Shown here: positions 21,001 through 34,276 of the stretch, one piece after another
Layout: each line of letters opens with the position of its first letter
Numbering within the stretch: position 1 is the first letter of the stretch
Assembly: GCF_009914755.1 (NCBI RefSeq)
Contig: NC_060946.1
Length of the DNA: 64,000 bases
Origin: the human T2T-CHM13v2.0 reference genome, Homo sapiens
Reading direction: 5' to 3' (one strand)
Program-made: the position numbers and the translations under genes
Notes under the pieces: generated by a model
Told to the model about the DNA's origin: nothing
The model's input: the letters and a program-made list of their open reading frames with translations, nothing else
Databases searched by the model: none

Positions 21001-22277
21001 CTGATTTTCCTTTAATGACCTCTTACGTTATTTTCAGTTTTTAGAATAAAACCTATTTACAGATCTACAGAGTTTTCGAAGTATTTTTGCATGTTATTTT
21101 CGTTTTATTACTAATTTTTTACAATACAATATCCAGTACATAGATTGCATTATAGCCAGTTTACATTTGAATAATCTGAAAGTTAAAGAGGGTTAGTGAC
21201 TTGCTGAGTATCAGGTGAATGAATATATGATATGCCAAAGCCAAGCACTGATTCCAGCTTTTACTATAAATCCAGTATCATCCCCCTGGTATGAAACACC
21301 AGCATTTCTCACAGGGACTACTGCAAATTCCTCCTATATCTACGTAATGAGACTTTGTAATTTAAAAATAAAATAAAATGAAAACCTGCTTTATTTTGTT
21401 TGGAGTCAGGAAAGAAGGAAATGCTTGCCTTGCTTAATCTAATTTTGTTTCAGCCCTGGGCAGCTCCATTACAGAAAACGTATAGCTAATCTGCAGACAC
21501 ACAGTTTAATTCAGTGGCAAATTCAGGGTAATTTGAAGAACTACTTGTATTTGCCCTCTTTGTTTCCAATCTTTGTTTAGACACCAACAGCTTACAACCA
21601 TGGTGAGTTAACTTCCTCTATGGCCGTACTTCCTCTCCAGCATTGACACAAGCTGGTGAATGGTTATACAACTGGGCAAGAAAGAAGCAGAAGAAAAATC
21701 TCCTGAATATGTCTGCAGTTCAGACACAAGCCAGTTTAAGAATGTATTGTTTCATTACAGTAAGTACATGATAAAATGCCTTCAGGTCAGTGCAACAGGA
21801 AGTACTCTAGTGAGATTAGAAACAAATAAGAATAAAATCCCAATGAGCATAAAGAGGTCTTTAGTCAGCAAAATATGTTTGCTTTTGCTATCAATACTAT
21901 TTGCTCATAGGCAAAATCTACAAAATTGGGAATCACACCATATCCAGTAAAAATGAGAAACGTTCACTATTGATGAGTTAAGTAGCATTCTGCATTCCTG
22001 TTTTTTTTAAAAAAACTTTTAATGGAATTAATTTCCTCTAAGAATACTTTTTACATTTTCAAGCTAGAAGAACATTTATTTCTGAATGGATGGAATTTTT
22101 TTTCAAAATAATACTTGTCTAAGAATTCAACTGGAGTAAATACGGTGTACCCTCCCACCCATACATTTTGATATCTTTCCATAGTTTCCCTTTTTCCTTC
22201 TTGCCTCAGCGGAAGCCCTGTTTAAAGATAAGAGATCCATCAATAGCTCCCTCCTTTCAAACTTCAAACTGACTTAC

Positions 22278-22337
22278 TCATATGAAGCAACATTTTCAGC
22301 ATCTCCAACTTCAAACTTGGAAAGTCGTTCTAACATT
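22278..22337 (-). pseudogene. TPTE2-like exon, 60 nt
   Basis: ctaaag|AATGTTAGAACGACTTTCC...TCATATGA|gtaagt; MLERLSKFEVGDAENVASY(D). Confidence 0.93.
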
Positions 22338-23047
22338 CTTTAGCCACCAAAAAAAAAAAATGCAAAAATGTATCCTTAGATATTTGCTACACAAAATAGT
22401 GATGAAAAATATATTTGAATAACAAGAATCCCATGAATCTAAAGGATATAGTAAACATGACTTAGCTCACTGGAAGACCTAATATTTAAGAAAGAAAATT
22501 ACAATCATTAACCAGCAACTCTTTCCTCATGGATACTCCCAACACTGAATTTTGCATATTTTTATCTTCTTTTCTCTGTCTCTTTCTATATATATGTATA
22601 TAAAGATATATAAAAGAATATGTATACAGATATATAATATATAAATAATGTGTATAGACATATCTCAAAGACATTGTGGGTTTCATTCCAGACCACTGCA
22701 ATAAAGCAAAAACTGCATTAAGCAACTCACACTAATGTTTTGGGTTGCTGTGCATATAAAAGTTACGTTTACCCTACACTGTAGCCTGTTAAGTTTGCAA
22801 TGGCATTATGTTCAAAAAACTTATGTACATACCTTAATTAAAAACTACTTTATTGGTTAAAAAATGCTAATGATCACCTGAGCCTTTAGCAAGTCATAGT
22901 CTTTTTGCTGGTGGAGGGCGTTGCCTCCATGTTCATGGCTGCTGACTGATCAGAGTGGTGGTTGCCAATGGTCGGAGTGGCTGAGGCAATTTCTTAAGAT
23001 AGGACAACAATGAAGTTTGCTGTGGCAAATGACTCTTCCTTTCACAA

Positions 23048-26000
23048 GTGAGGATTAAGTGGTGAAGCCATCAGGTCCTGGACTTTGTTGAAAGCCTTTT
23101 TATTACTGATTCAATCTCGTTACTTGTTTTTGGTCTGTTCAGGTTTTTTTCTATTTCTTCTTGGTTTAGTCTTGGTAGGTCGTATGGGTCAAGGATTTTG
23201 TCCACCTCCTCCAGGTTTTCAAATTTATTGTAGAGTTGCTCATAATAGTCTCTAATAATTATTTTTATTTCTGTCATATCTGTTATGAGGTCTCTTTTCC
23301 TTGTTTCTGATTTTACTTATTTGGGTCTTCCCTTTTTCTTAATTAGTCTAGCTAATGGTTTGTTGATATTTTTTAAACCTGCTTTTTGTTGTTAACCTTT
23401 TGTAATTTTTGCCTCAAATTTGTTTATTTCTGTTTGGTCTTCATTATTTATTTCCTTTTAATAATTTGGGGGTTGGTTGGTTCTTAATATTCTAGTTTCT
23501 TGAGGTAGAATTGTTCAGTGGTTTATTTGAAAGTTTTCTAGTTTTTTTGATCCAGGCATTTATTGCTAAAAACATACTTCTTTTTTTTTTTATACTTTAA
23601 GTTCTAGGGTACATGTGCACAATGTGCAGGTTTGTTACATATGTATACATGTGCCATGTTGGTGTGCTGCGCCCATTAACTCGTCATTTACATTAGTTTT
23701 ATCTCCTAATGCTATCCCTCCCCCCTCCCCCTACTCAACAACAGGCCCCAGTGTGTGATGTCCCCCTTCCTGTGTCCAAGTGTTCTCATTGTTCAATTCC
23801 CACCTATGAGTGAGAACATGTGATGTTTGGTGTTTTGTCCTTGCGATAGTTTGCTGAAAAAATGATGAGTTCATGTCCTTTGTAGGGACATGGTTGAAGC
23901 TAAAAACATACTTCTTAATAACTGCTTCTGCTCTGTCCCGTTTTGGTATATTGTGTTTCTAGTTACATTTGTTTCAAGGAATTCTTAAATTTCATTCTTA
24001 ATTTCTTTCTTCACTCATTGTAACTCAAGGGCATGTTGTTTAATTTCCATATGTCTGTATAGTTTTGAATGTTCCTCTTGTTATGAATGTCTAGTTTTAT
24101 TTCATCGTGGTAAGATGAGATACCTGATAGAATTTGTTGAGACTTGTTTTGTAGCCTAACATACGGTCTATCTTGGATAATGTTTCATGTGCTGAAGAAA
24201 AGAATGTGTATTCTGCAGCTGTTAGGTGAGATGTTCTGTATATGTTTGTTATTTATGTCCATTTGGTCTATGGTGGAGTTTAAGTCTGATGTTTCTTTGT
24301 TGATTTTCTGTCTAGATGATTTGTCCAATGCTGAGAGTGGGATACGAAGTGCCCAACTCTTATTGTAATGGGGTCTATCTCCCTCTTTAGATCCAGTAAT
24401 ATTCGCTTTATATATCTAGGTGATCTGGTGTTTGAGTGCATACATATTTACAATTATACACATATTACAATTATATTTCTTGCTGAACTGAATCCTTTAT
24501 TATTACATAATAATCTTGTTTGTCAATTTTTATGGTTTTTAACTTGAACTCTGTTTTGTCTGATACAAGTATAGCTATTCCTGCTCACTTTTGGCTTCCA
24601 TTTGCACAGAATATCTTTTTCCATCCCTTCATTATCAGTCTATGTGTTTCTTTACCAGTAAAGTGAGTTTCTTTTAGATAAAATATAGTTGGATCTTATT
24701 TTTTAATCCACTCAGTAAGTCTATATCCTTCATGGGGTATTTAATCTATTAACATTCAAAGTTATTATTGGTAGGTGAGGAGTTACTTCCAACGTTTTAT
24801 TGTTTTCTGGTTGTTTTGTATATGTTTTATTCCTTTCTTCCTGTTTACTTTTGAAGTTGGGTAGTTTTCTGTAGTGATAAGGTTTCATTCCTTTCTCTTT
24901 CTCCTTTATGTATTGACTCTAACAGTGACTTTTAAAGTTTTGCATGTTTTCATGATGGTGGTTATCATCTTTTTACTTCCAGATGTAAAACTCCCTTGGG
25001 CATTTCTTGTAACGCTGGTCTAGTGGTGATGAATTATCTTGGTTTTTGTTTATCTGTGACAGATTTTATGTCTTCATTTGTAACGGATAGCTGTGCTGGG
25101 TATAATATTCTTGGCCGAAAGATTTTTTTTCTTTCAGAACTTCGAATATATCATCCCATTCTCTTCTAGCCTAAGGTTTCTGCTGGGAAATCAGCTGTTA
25201 GTCTAATGGGGATTCCATTATAAGTGTGTTACTTTTCTCTTGCTATTTTAAAATATCTTTGTCTTTGATTTTTCACAATTTGACTATAATGTCTGGGTTG
25301 AATGTATCTGGGGTTCTTTGATCTTCCTGGAACTAGATGTCTAGCTTTCTCTCAAGAGTTAGGAAGTTTCATGCTATTTTATTAAATATGTTTTCCTCAT
25401 ATTTTCTCTACACTTTTCCTTCTGGAATGCCCATAATATGAATATTTGATCAAATTAATGGTGTCCCATAAATCCTGTAGGCTTTTTTCATTCTTTTTTA
25501 TCCTTTTTTGCCTGCCTGTTATTTCAAAAGACTTGTCTTCAAGTTCAGAAATTATTTCTTCTGCTTATTCTTGTCTGTAAAGCCATTGATTGTATTTTTT
25601 CATTTCATCCATTGAACTGTTTAGCTCTTAGGGCTTCTGTTTGGTTATTTTTATGATATCTGTATCTTTAGTAAATTTCTCTTTCAAATCATGTTTTCCT
25701 GATTTCATTGACTTGTCTATCTGTATTACCTTACATCTCACTGAGTTTCCTTAAGATTATTCTTTTTTCTGCCATTTCATATGTTTATGATTGGGTTCTA
25801 TTACTGGATAATTACTATTTCCCTTTGTAGGTGACATGTTTTCTTGCATTTTCACGGTTGCTGTGTTTCTAAATTGATTTCTATGCATCTGGTGAAAAAG
25901 TCACCTTTTCCAATTTTATGGAGTAGGTTTACTTGTATGAATTTATTTGTATGAATGGGTCTTGGATGTCTGTTCATTGGGGTATACTGGCCTTGGTTCT

Positions 26001-28003
26001 ACATGGATGCAGTAAGTGTAGTCTCCATGTAGTTTATTCAGCTGTGATCCACACTAGTAACATTTGCAAGTTACTCAGTGGCCTAGGTTAAGGAAGTTTG
26101 TAGTGATGGTGGTGCAGCCTTGCCAGGGGTGGGCTCACTGGGCTGTTTCGCAGGGTAGGGGTGTGTGCAGGCACACAGTGGGTCAGAAAACTTGGAGTAT
26201 GGCTTTATGCGGCTGGCCATGGTGCTGTCACTCTAGCCAGGAGCATGGGGATGCAGCTGCTCAACCAGGGCATGACTGCCAGATGTGCTTTGCAGGACAG
26301 TTTCTCAGGCCCAGGATGCAGGCACACAGCTGTTTGCCTGGCCTGGAAGAATGCACTCCAGGAGTGGCCTGAAGGGCTGTTTCCCATACCTGGTATGTGG
26401 GTACACAGCTGCTCATCTGGCCTGTGGCCAGTCTGCTGGGGGGAAACTCATGGGCCAAATATATAGCTGCATAGCTGCTAAGCTGGACTGAAAATATCTT
26501 TGCCAGGGCTGGCCAAGAAGGGGGTTTCTCAGGCCTGGGATACAGTCAAATGACTTCTCAGCTGTCCCGGATGTGTGTCTGCTGGGGGTAGTCCATAGAG
26601 CTATTCTAGCTCAGGATGTGGGCACACTGCTGCTCAGCTGGCCTGGGTGGTGCCTGCCAGGGGAAGCCCAGGGGACTGCTTCTATGAGCCAGGATGTGGA
26701 CACGAGGCTGCTCGGCTGGCCTAAGGGCATGTCTTCTGGGAGTAGCCCATGGAGCTCTTTCTTAGGTCCAGGACATGGACATTCATGGCTGATTGGCTGG
26801 TCTGGAGGTGCATCTGCTGGGAATGGATACAGGACTATTTCTCAGGCTCATGCAAGGTCGCACAGCTGCTTAGTTGGCCTGGGAGTGTTTCTGTCGGGGG
26901 TGGCCTAAAGGGCTGTTCCTCAAGCTGGGACATAGGTATGTGGCTGCTTAGCTGGCCTGACAGTCTGCTGGCCAGAGTAAGCTCCCAGGGTTGTTTCTTG
27001 GCCCTGAGACTTGGGCATACACAGCTGCTTGTCTCTCAGGTCTGAGAGACAGGTGCAAGGCCCACTCGGTGGTGTGCCTGCTGGGGGCAGCCTGTGGGAC
27101 TGTTTCTCAGGCCCTTATTAAAGGCAGAGGGCTCCTGGGCAGGCCAGGAGCATGTCTGTGGTGGATGGGGCCTGCAAGGCTGTTTCTCAGGTCCTGAGCA
27201 TGGGCTCATAGTCACTCTGTTGACCTGGGGGTGTATCAGCTGCTCAGAGGCTTAGGGGCCTCTCCCACTTGGGAGAGGGCATGTAGTGGTTTGGCTGTCT
27301 TAAGAGTGAATTTACCCTGGATGGGACTGCAGATTATTCCTCTGTCTGGAAGTGTGGTGGTGGGGGTTGATTTCCCTGCATGCATTACTTGAGTTACAGC
27401 CAGTCCTGGGACCAACCTCCACACAGCTGGGATTGTGGCTTTAACCCACCCATGTGGGCTTGGTGTACTGAAGATAAAGCTCCAGTGCTGGAGAGGCACA
27501 GTGGCTACTGCCCCCAGAGGAGGGCACACTCAAGAGATGACTCTGGTCTCAAGATGGTGCTGTGCTGCTGCAGCTTAAGTCTCTGGGGGTGGGAAGTCTT
27601 CACCTTGTACTCCTAGTCCAGGACATGCAGCTGTGTCAATTCTTGGCAATACTCCAAACTGGCCTGAGGGCTTGCAAAGACTGTGAGATTCTCCTGTTGT
27701 AAAGACTTTGTGTTTGTGATGGCAGTGGGGTGACAGGGATCTTCTGCCTACCTTCACCCTGCAATGAGAAGTCTCTCCTGTCTCTGGGCCAATTCAATCC
27801 AGATGGGGCAGAAGGGGCTGCACAGGCTGAGTGCTTCCATGCTGTGGCAACTTCCAGTCACCACAGGTGTGTCTCCACTCCTTTGCTGCACTCCAGGACT
27901 ATCCCTTTGATATTCTAATCAAATCTTAGATGTGTATTTCTTGCCTCAATTCTTTCTTGTAGGGGAGATGAGCACCAGGCATCTCTAGTCACCCATCTTG
28001 CTT
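23048..28003 (-). mobile_element. Old L1 (L1M/L1MA-type) with repeated 5' UTR monomers, ORF1 and 5' part of ORF2
   Basis: [17 protein letters not shown].. ORF2 remnant; 5' end caagatgggtgactagag; GC-rich monomer repeats at about 26100-27250. Confidence 0.88.
23581..23898 (-). mobile_element. Short L1PA 3' end with 5' inversion
   Basis: Poly-T plus antisense 3' UTR to about 23857, then about 40 bp in sense orientation; TSD gctaaaaacatacttc at 23565-23580 and 23899-23914. Confidence 0.92.
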
Positions 28004-29167
28004 GATTTAGCATAATTCGTAAGGGCCCCAGGATTTTCAGAATAGTCAATGATTGTTGGCTTCAACTTAAAAGTCACCAGCTTCATTAGCCCCTAACAAG
28101 AGAATTGGCCTGTGCTTTGAAGATGTCAAACCATGCGTTGACTTCTCCTCTCTAAATATGAAAGTCCTAGATGGCATCTTCTTCCAATAAAAGGCTATCT
28201 TGTCTACATTGAAAATGTGTTGTTTAGTTTGGCCACCTTCATCAATTATCTCAGCTAGATCTTCTGGATAACTTGCTGCTGCTTCTGCAACGGCACTTGC
28301 TGTTTACCTTGCACTTTTATGTGATGGAGATGGCTTCTTTCCTTAAACCTCATGAACCAAACTTTTAGCTTCAAGCTTTTCTTCTGCAGCTTCCTTACCT
28401 CTCCCAGGCTTCATTGAATCAAAGGGAGTGAGGGCCTTGTCCTGGATTAGGCTTTGGCTTAAGGGAATGCTGTGGCTGGTTTGATCCTTTATCCAGACCA
28501 CTAAAACATTCTCCATATTAGCAATCAGACTGTTTTGCTTTCTCAACATTTGTATGTTCACTGGAGTAGCAGTCTTAATTTTCTTCAAGAAGTTTTTTGG
28601 CTTTTCTGTTTTGTTTTTGTTTTTGTTTTTGTTTTACATTCACAACTTGGCTGAACTGGTGCAAGAAGTCTAGCCTTCCTCACAATCATTTCTAGCTTTT
28701 GGTTTAAAGTGAGAGACATGTGACTCTTCCTTTCACTAGGACACTCAGAGACCATCATAGGCTTATTAAATGGCCTACTTTCAATATTGTTGTGTCTCAG
28801 GGAATAGGGAGGCCCAAGGAGAAGGAGAGAGATGGGGGAATGGCTAGTCAGTGGAGCAGTCAGAACAAACATGTCATTGATTAGGCTTGTCATCTTAATA
28901 TGGACATGGTTCGTGTTGCCCCAAAACAATTACAATAGTAACATCAAAGATCACTGATCACAGATCACCATAACAGATATGATAATAAAAAGTTTGGAAT
29001 ATTGCAAGAATTATTAAAATGTGACAGAGACACAAAGTGAAAACACGCTGTTGGAAAAATAAAACCAGGAGACTTGCTCAATGTAGGGTTGCTACAAACC
29101 TTCAGTTTACAAAAAAGTAACATCTGAGGGGCAATAAAGTAAAGCACAATAAAACAAGATATACCTG

Positions 29168-29550
29168 CATATACACACACATGTATGTATATATAAACTA
29201 TATATGTGTATATATACATATATATGCTAAAGGATATATACATATGTTTACATATATATATATACGCACATGCTCATATGTATATTAAAGGATATATATA
29301 TGACTACTGATGTTATTAATTTGGGTCAGTGCTAAAGAATATATCTATATATAGATATATATACACACATTTAAATATGCACATATGTAGACATGTATAT
29401 AGATATGTATATAGATATGTGTATATATACACACAAATACATATTTATATATCTATGTATACTACATATATAGCTAAAAGATATATCTGTGTATATATAT
29501 ACACACACACATATATACGTGTTATATGTCTGTGTGTGTGTGGATATATC
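29168..29550. repeat. (TA/CA)n-rich low-complexity tract
   Basis: Directly visible. Confidence 0.9.
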
Positions 29551-31368
29551 CTTTAGCACTGACCCAAATTAATAACATCAGTAGTTTTCAATGACACCAC
29601 CATTGAAAGGTGAGTTATATCAAAGATATATCAAATTAGCGAAAGACTACTGATGCCATTTTATCCGGGCCAGTGCTAACGATTAAAAATGTACACATCA
29701 GGTCAAGTGACTTCAGAGACATACTTTTCTGGTTGAAATTATGTACAATTGCTCTACATTTATAAACTGGCTGAACTCTGAAAATGTATATGTCAATGAT
29801 TTGGAATCTACTATTAATATATCATTTTTTCCTAGAAGAAAACCTTATATTATGTAAAGGTGCTCTTGGGCCTTAACAAACAATCTAATGAATCACAATT
29901 TAAGTGCAGTTCTTTATTACTTCATTTGTGAGTGAATTTTACCAATCTTAATATATGCCTCTCTTCTTTCTCTCCGTATTCTGAAATCTCGCCCATCATT
30001 GATGACTCTACCACACATTACTCTTTTTAATTCAATGGGGTAATAGCTAAAGGATTAAAAATGAACATAGCAAGACTCCACATGTTATCCTAGACTTAAT
30101 TTTCTGATACAAATTAGCAATAATTATTCTACAATTTATAATCTAGTTACCCTGAAAAATGGACATTAATCAGTTATTTATTTGAAACATGGTATTTAAT
30201 TTTTCTCTGGAAATGAGGTTTTAGATGTTTGTAATGAAATTTTTCAGCCTGTGAAAAAAACTTAATGAATCAAGTTTATATACATTTCTTTACTCCTAAA
30301 CCTAATCCCCAAGTTACTGTTTCTGGCAAAATTTACATAAAATCAACTTCAGTTTGTAAACACCCACCTTGCTTGCCCTTGTAATTTTCTGCCTTCTCAC
30401 GTTCAAATACCACTAGTAACTCTTCACCAATCATGGATGTCTTTCCTGCCCCTCAGATAGGGTTAAGTAACTACAGACCCAAGGCAGGGCCTCCATACAA
30501 TCTGAGGGTGGGTTTACCTTTGGGGCAGTAGCCTCATGTGGTAACAGACGAAGAGACCAGGGGTCTATTAGCTTTGTTCTTTTCTGTTGAGAGCTCCTCA
30601 GCTCCCTGCCCACTGTTACCTCCTCCTTGCACCAAATAGGACTGTTGCCTCTTTTGGCTCACTCTAGTAGAGCGTCATACAATACACACATTCTCATATT
30701 TTCCTAAGGTTTCAGGGTGCTGCTAAATAAGGGTGACCAATGGAATAGGAATAAGAAGCATTCCTCTTAAGACCTATTCCTCTTTTATCCAACTAGATCA
30801 AAGAAAGAAAGGTACCTGCAGATACTACAGTAATAAGACTTTAGAAAACAGTGTCTAAAACACTCTGTATTGTTATGGATGCTCCATACAATGAACTTCC
30901 CAAATCTGAATCTCTCTTTTCTACATGTATACTTTTGTGTGTGTCTATGTGTGTATTTACTTTTGTGTGTGTCTATGTGTGTATTTACTTTTGTGTGTGT
31001 CTATGTGTGTGTTTACATCTAGCTTTCTATTTACTTAAACCTCAAATTTTGTGGAATGTTCGTTCATGTGTTACTGTTGTCATTTCACTGAAGGCAGTGC
31101 TGATGGAGTAAAAAGGTACATAGACATATAATGAATTTCTCTTTTTTGACACTATTAGCAAATACATTTTTTGCACCAAAAGGAGTAGATTTTCCATAAA
31201 TATGAAATACATACATATGTAATAAGTGAGGGTACGCAAATCCTACCACATAAGCCCAGTAAGTGAAGTCCAACAATTAACAGAGACTCATTTATCAATG
31301 GTCAGTTAATCAGAGATTAATTAAATTATATATAAATTAAACCTATGTACATATTAGAAATACATTTT

Positions 31369-31665
<297 letters not shown>

Positions 31666-32661
31666 AAATACATTTTAATTTGCCCATGCCTCCAACATCC
31701 TATAAAATAAATTCTTTTAAAAATTTATTTATTGGCTTAAAAATCAATACTACATACAAAACTCACATGCTATTGCTTAATGAGTAACTACAGAATTCTC
31801 ACCTAGATGTTTCCTTAATCAGCCACTGATTAAACACAATCCTTTTATTCCTTCTGTAAAATCTCATTCATTTTGCAAGGTTTCTTGAGCATTACACTAT
31901 AATTAACTTGAATCAGGTTTTCCATATTACTTACAACTTTATGATTTATTTCCAGGAGAGGTTTTCACATGACTGGGAAAACCCTCCACCACCTCCTTCC
32001 TTTCACTGATCATGCTAGTCTCTCCTGCCCATGAGACACAGTGAAGTACCCGCACACCTGAGGAAAGTGGCATCCAGTGAGGTGATGGGTTTGGGTTGGG
32101 TCTAGGCACCAACCTCACATGTGGACAGAGCTCTCAAGAGTGTGGGACAAGTCCACGTTCCATTAGCTCTGTTCTTTTTTTCCCAGGGCTTCACTACTCC
32201 TTATTGGCTGCTATCTCCTCCATGTTGCAAATAGGATTCTCTCCTTTCTTGGAACACTATGGTAGGGTCTCAAACTCAGGAAACCTGAATCCCTTAAAAA
32301 ATTGCCTACTAGAAATTGATGGTGACAAATACACTAACAGGAAGAAGCAGCTCTCCTACGAACTGACCTTATACAACTCCATCAAAAAAGGATGCAAAGT
32401 TATCTACAAACGCTACAATGAGAATTGGAAACCCTGTTAAAAAACACTCTGTATGGCCATGCAGGCTCCTGAGAGTAAATTCCACAAATGTCCATCTGTC
32501 TCCGTGTTTTGTGTTTCCATTTTGTGCATGGGTTTGTGTAAATGTGTTGACAAAAGTGTGTATGGATGAAGATGGATGGATATATTTGTGTATGTGCTTG
32601 GTGTGTGTATAGCTCTATGCACTCTTATGCATATGTGTGTCTTCATGTATTTATAACTCAC

Positions 32662-32715
32662 CTTTTACTGATAGGTGACACCAGGGCTGCTCCTTTAAAT
32701 TCACCTGTGTGTGGG
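32662..32715 (-). pseudogene. TPTE2-like 54-nt repeat exon
   Basis: ctctag|CCCACACACAGGTGAATTTAAAGG...AGTAAAAG|gtgagt; PHTGEFKGAALVSPISK. Confidence 0.93.
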
Positions 32716-33228
32716 CTAGAGGATGATAAAAGAATACAGTCAGATAGGAGACACGATTCTAAATTTACTTTTTTGGAAAATTAGCTTTTATTACTCTAGA
32801 CAGAAACCAATTAATTTCTGTAAGAAATCTGAGTCCCATAAAAAAACTGCTTAGTAGGAACTGAGGGAGGCAAATACACTAACAGGAAGAGGCAACTCTC
32901 CTATGACCAGCTCCTTTTTATACAACTCCACCAAAGAAGGATGCAAAGTTACTAACAAATGCTACAATGAGACGAATTGGAAACTCTGTTAAAAAAAAAA
33001 AAAAAAATCTCTATGGCCATGCAGGCTCCTGAGAATAAATTCCACAAATGTCCATCAGTCTCCTTTCTCTTTGGTCTATGTTTCCATCATGTGCATGGAT
33101 TAGTTTGTGTACGTGTGTTGAAGAGAAGTGTGGACGGACGGATGGATGGATATATTTGCTCATGTGCCTGTGTGTGTGTATAGTTCTACGCACACTTATG
33201 CTGATGGGTGACTTTATTTATTACTCAC

Positions 33229-33282
33229 CTTTCTTTCGCAGGTGCCTCCTCGGTTGCTCCTTTAAATTCGTTTGTCTGTGGA
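33229..33282 (-). pseudogene. TPTE2-like 54-nt repeat exon
   Basis: cgctag|TCCACAGACAAACGAATTTAAAGG...GAAAGAAAG|gtgagt; [17 protein letters not shown]. Confidence 0.93.
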
Positions 33283-34222
33283 CTAGCGGATGATAAGAGA
33301 AAACAGTCAGAGAGGAGACTTAATTCTGAATTTATATTTTGGAAAAATTACTTTTCATTATTCTAGACAGAAACCAATTAATTTCTGACTATTCATGTGT
33401 ATAGCACTATTGGAACCTGGAATGTCTTTTTCTCTTTATTAGAAATGAGGATTTATATGGCGACAACCAAAATCTTAGGCGGGGGAAAATAGTAATGCTT
33501 CCCTATTTAAGTAAACCTCTTTATTATGACCTCAGTCTCAATGTGTGACAGACTTTGTGGTGGCAGTTATTTCAAACTCAATTCCAATTTGTAGGTAGTC
33601 AGCCCTCTTATTCCATTCAATGTCCTGCTTAAAAGGCCCTCCATTAGCTCCTTATGCTCACCCAGCATGGTGGTTTCTCATGTCCCACAAAAAGGGTCAG
33701 GTAACTAGAGGTTTGACACAGGGGCACAATCCAATAGGATGGTGATTTGAGGTTTAGAGCACCAGCCTCCGTGGTGGCAGAGTTCTGGAGGGTGGAGAAC
33801 ACCTCCAAGGCTCTTAGCTCTGTTGCTTTCTGCTGAAGGCTTCACAGTTCCCCAAGTACTCCTGCCTCCTCCTCACTCCAAACAGGATTCTCTCTTCCCT
33901 CGGCCCACTCTGGTGTGTCTCATACACAGAAATCTGAGTTTCTAAGGTATTTGCCTGCTACTTACTAAGGGTGACAAGACAGTAACAGACAGAAGCCTCC
34001 CTCTGTAGTCTGTTTCTCTTTTTTCCAAAACGACTGGAAAAATGTGGAAGTTTACCTATACCTGCTACAGTGAGAAGATAAATAAACTGTGTCAGACACT
34101 CTGTATTGCTGTGGACACTCCTCAGACTAAATCCCACTAATCTCAATCTCTCTCTCTGTCTGTCTCTCTCTGTCATAGTTATGTTTGTGTGTGTGTTTGT
34201 GTGTACATCTTTTATAACTCAC

Positions 34223-34276
34223 ATGTCCTTGATGCCTCCATCAATGCTGACTGCCGTCAGCTCATTTGGATGGGGA
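34223..34276 (-). pseudogene. Diverged 54-nt repeat exon of the TPTE PDPTDLAGVIIELGPND type
   Basis: ctttag|TCCCCATCCAAATGAG...AAGGACAT|gtgagt; PHPNELTAVSIDGGIKD; same length and phase as neighbours. Confidence 0.75.

Larger units (their letters stand above)
22655..29167 (-). mobile_element. Tigger1 DNA transposon in two pieces (22655-23047 and about 28005-29167), interrupted by L1
   Basis: Terminal repeats tagacatatctc.. and ..gatatacctg in TA-rich context; transposase remnant [34 protein letters not shown]. Confidence 0.9.

Noticed and set aside
26064-27616. Periodic GC-rich repeats and ORFs resembling an array
   Set aside because: Monomer repeats of an old L1 5' UTR, not a repeat-spacer system.
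30929-31015. 28-bp tandem repeat, three copies
   Set aside because: Local slippage in a TG-rich tract; no spacers.
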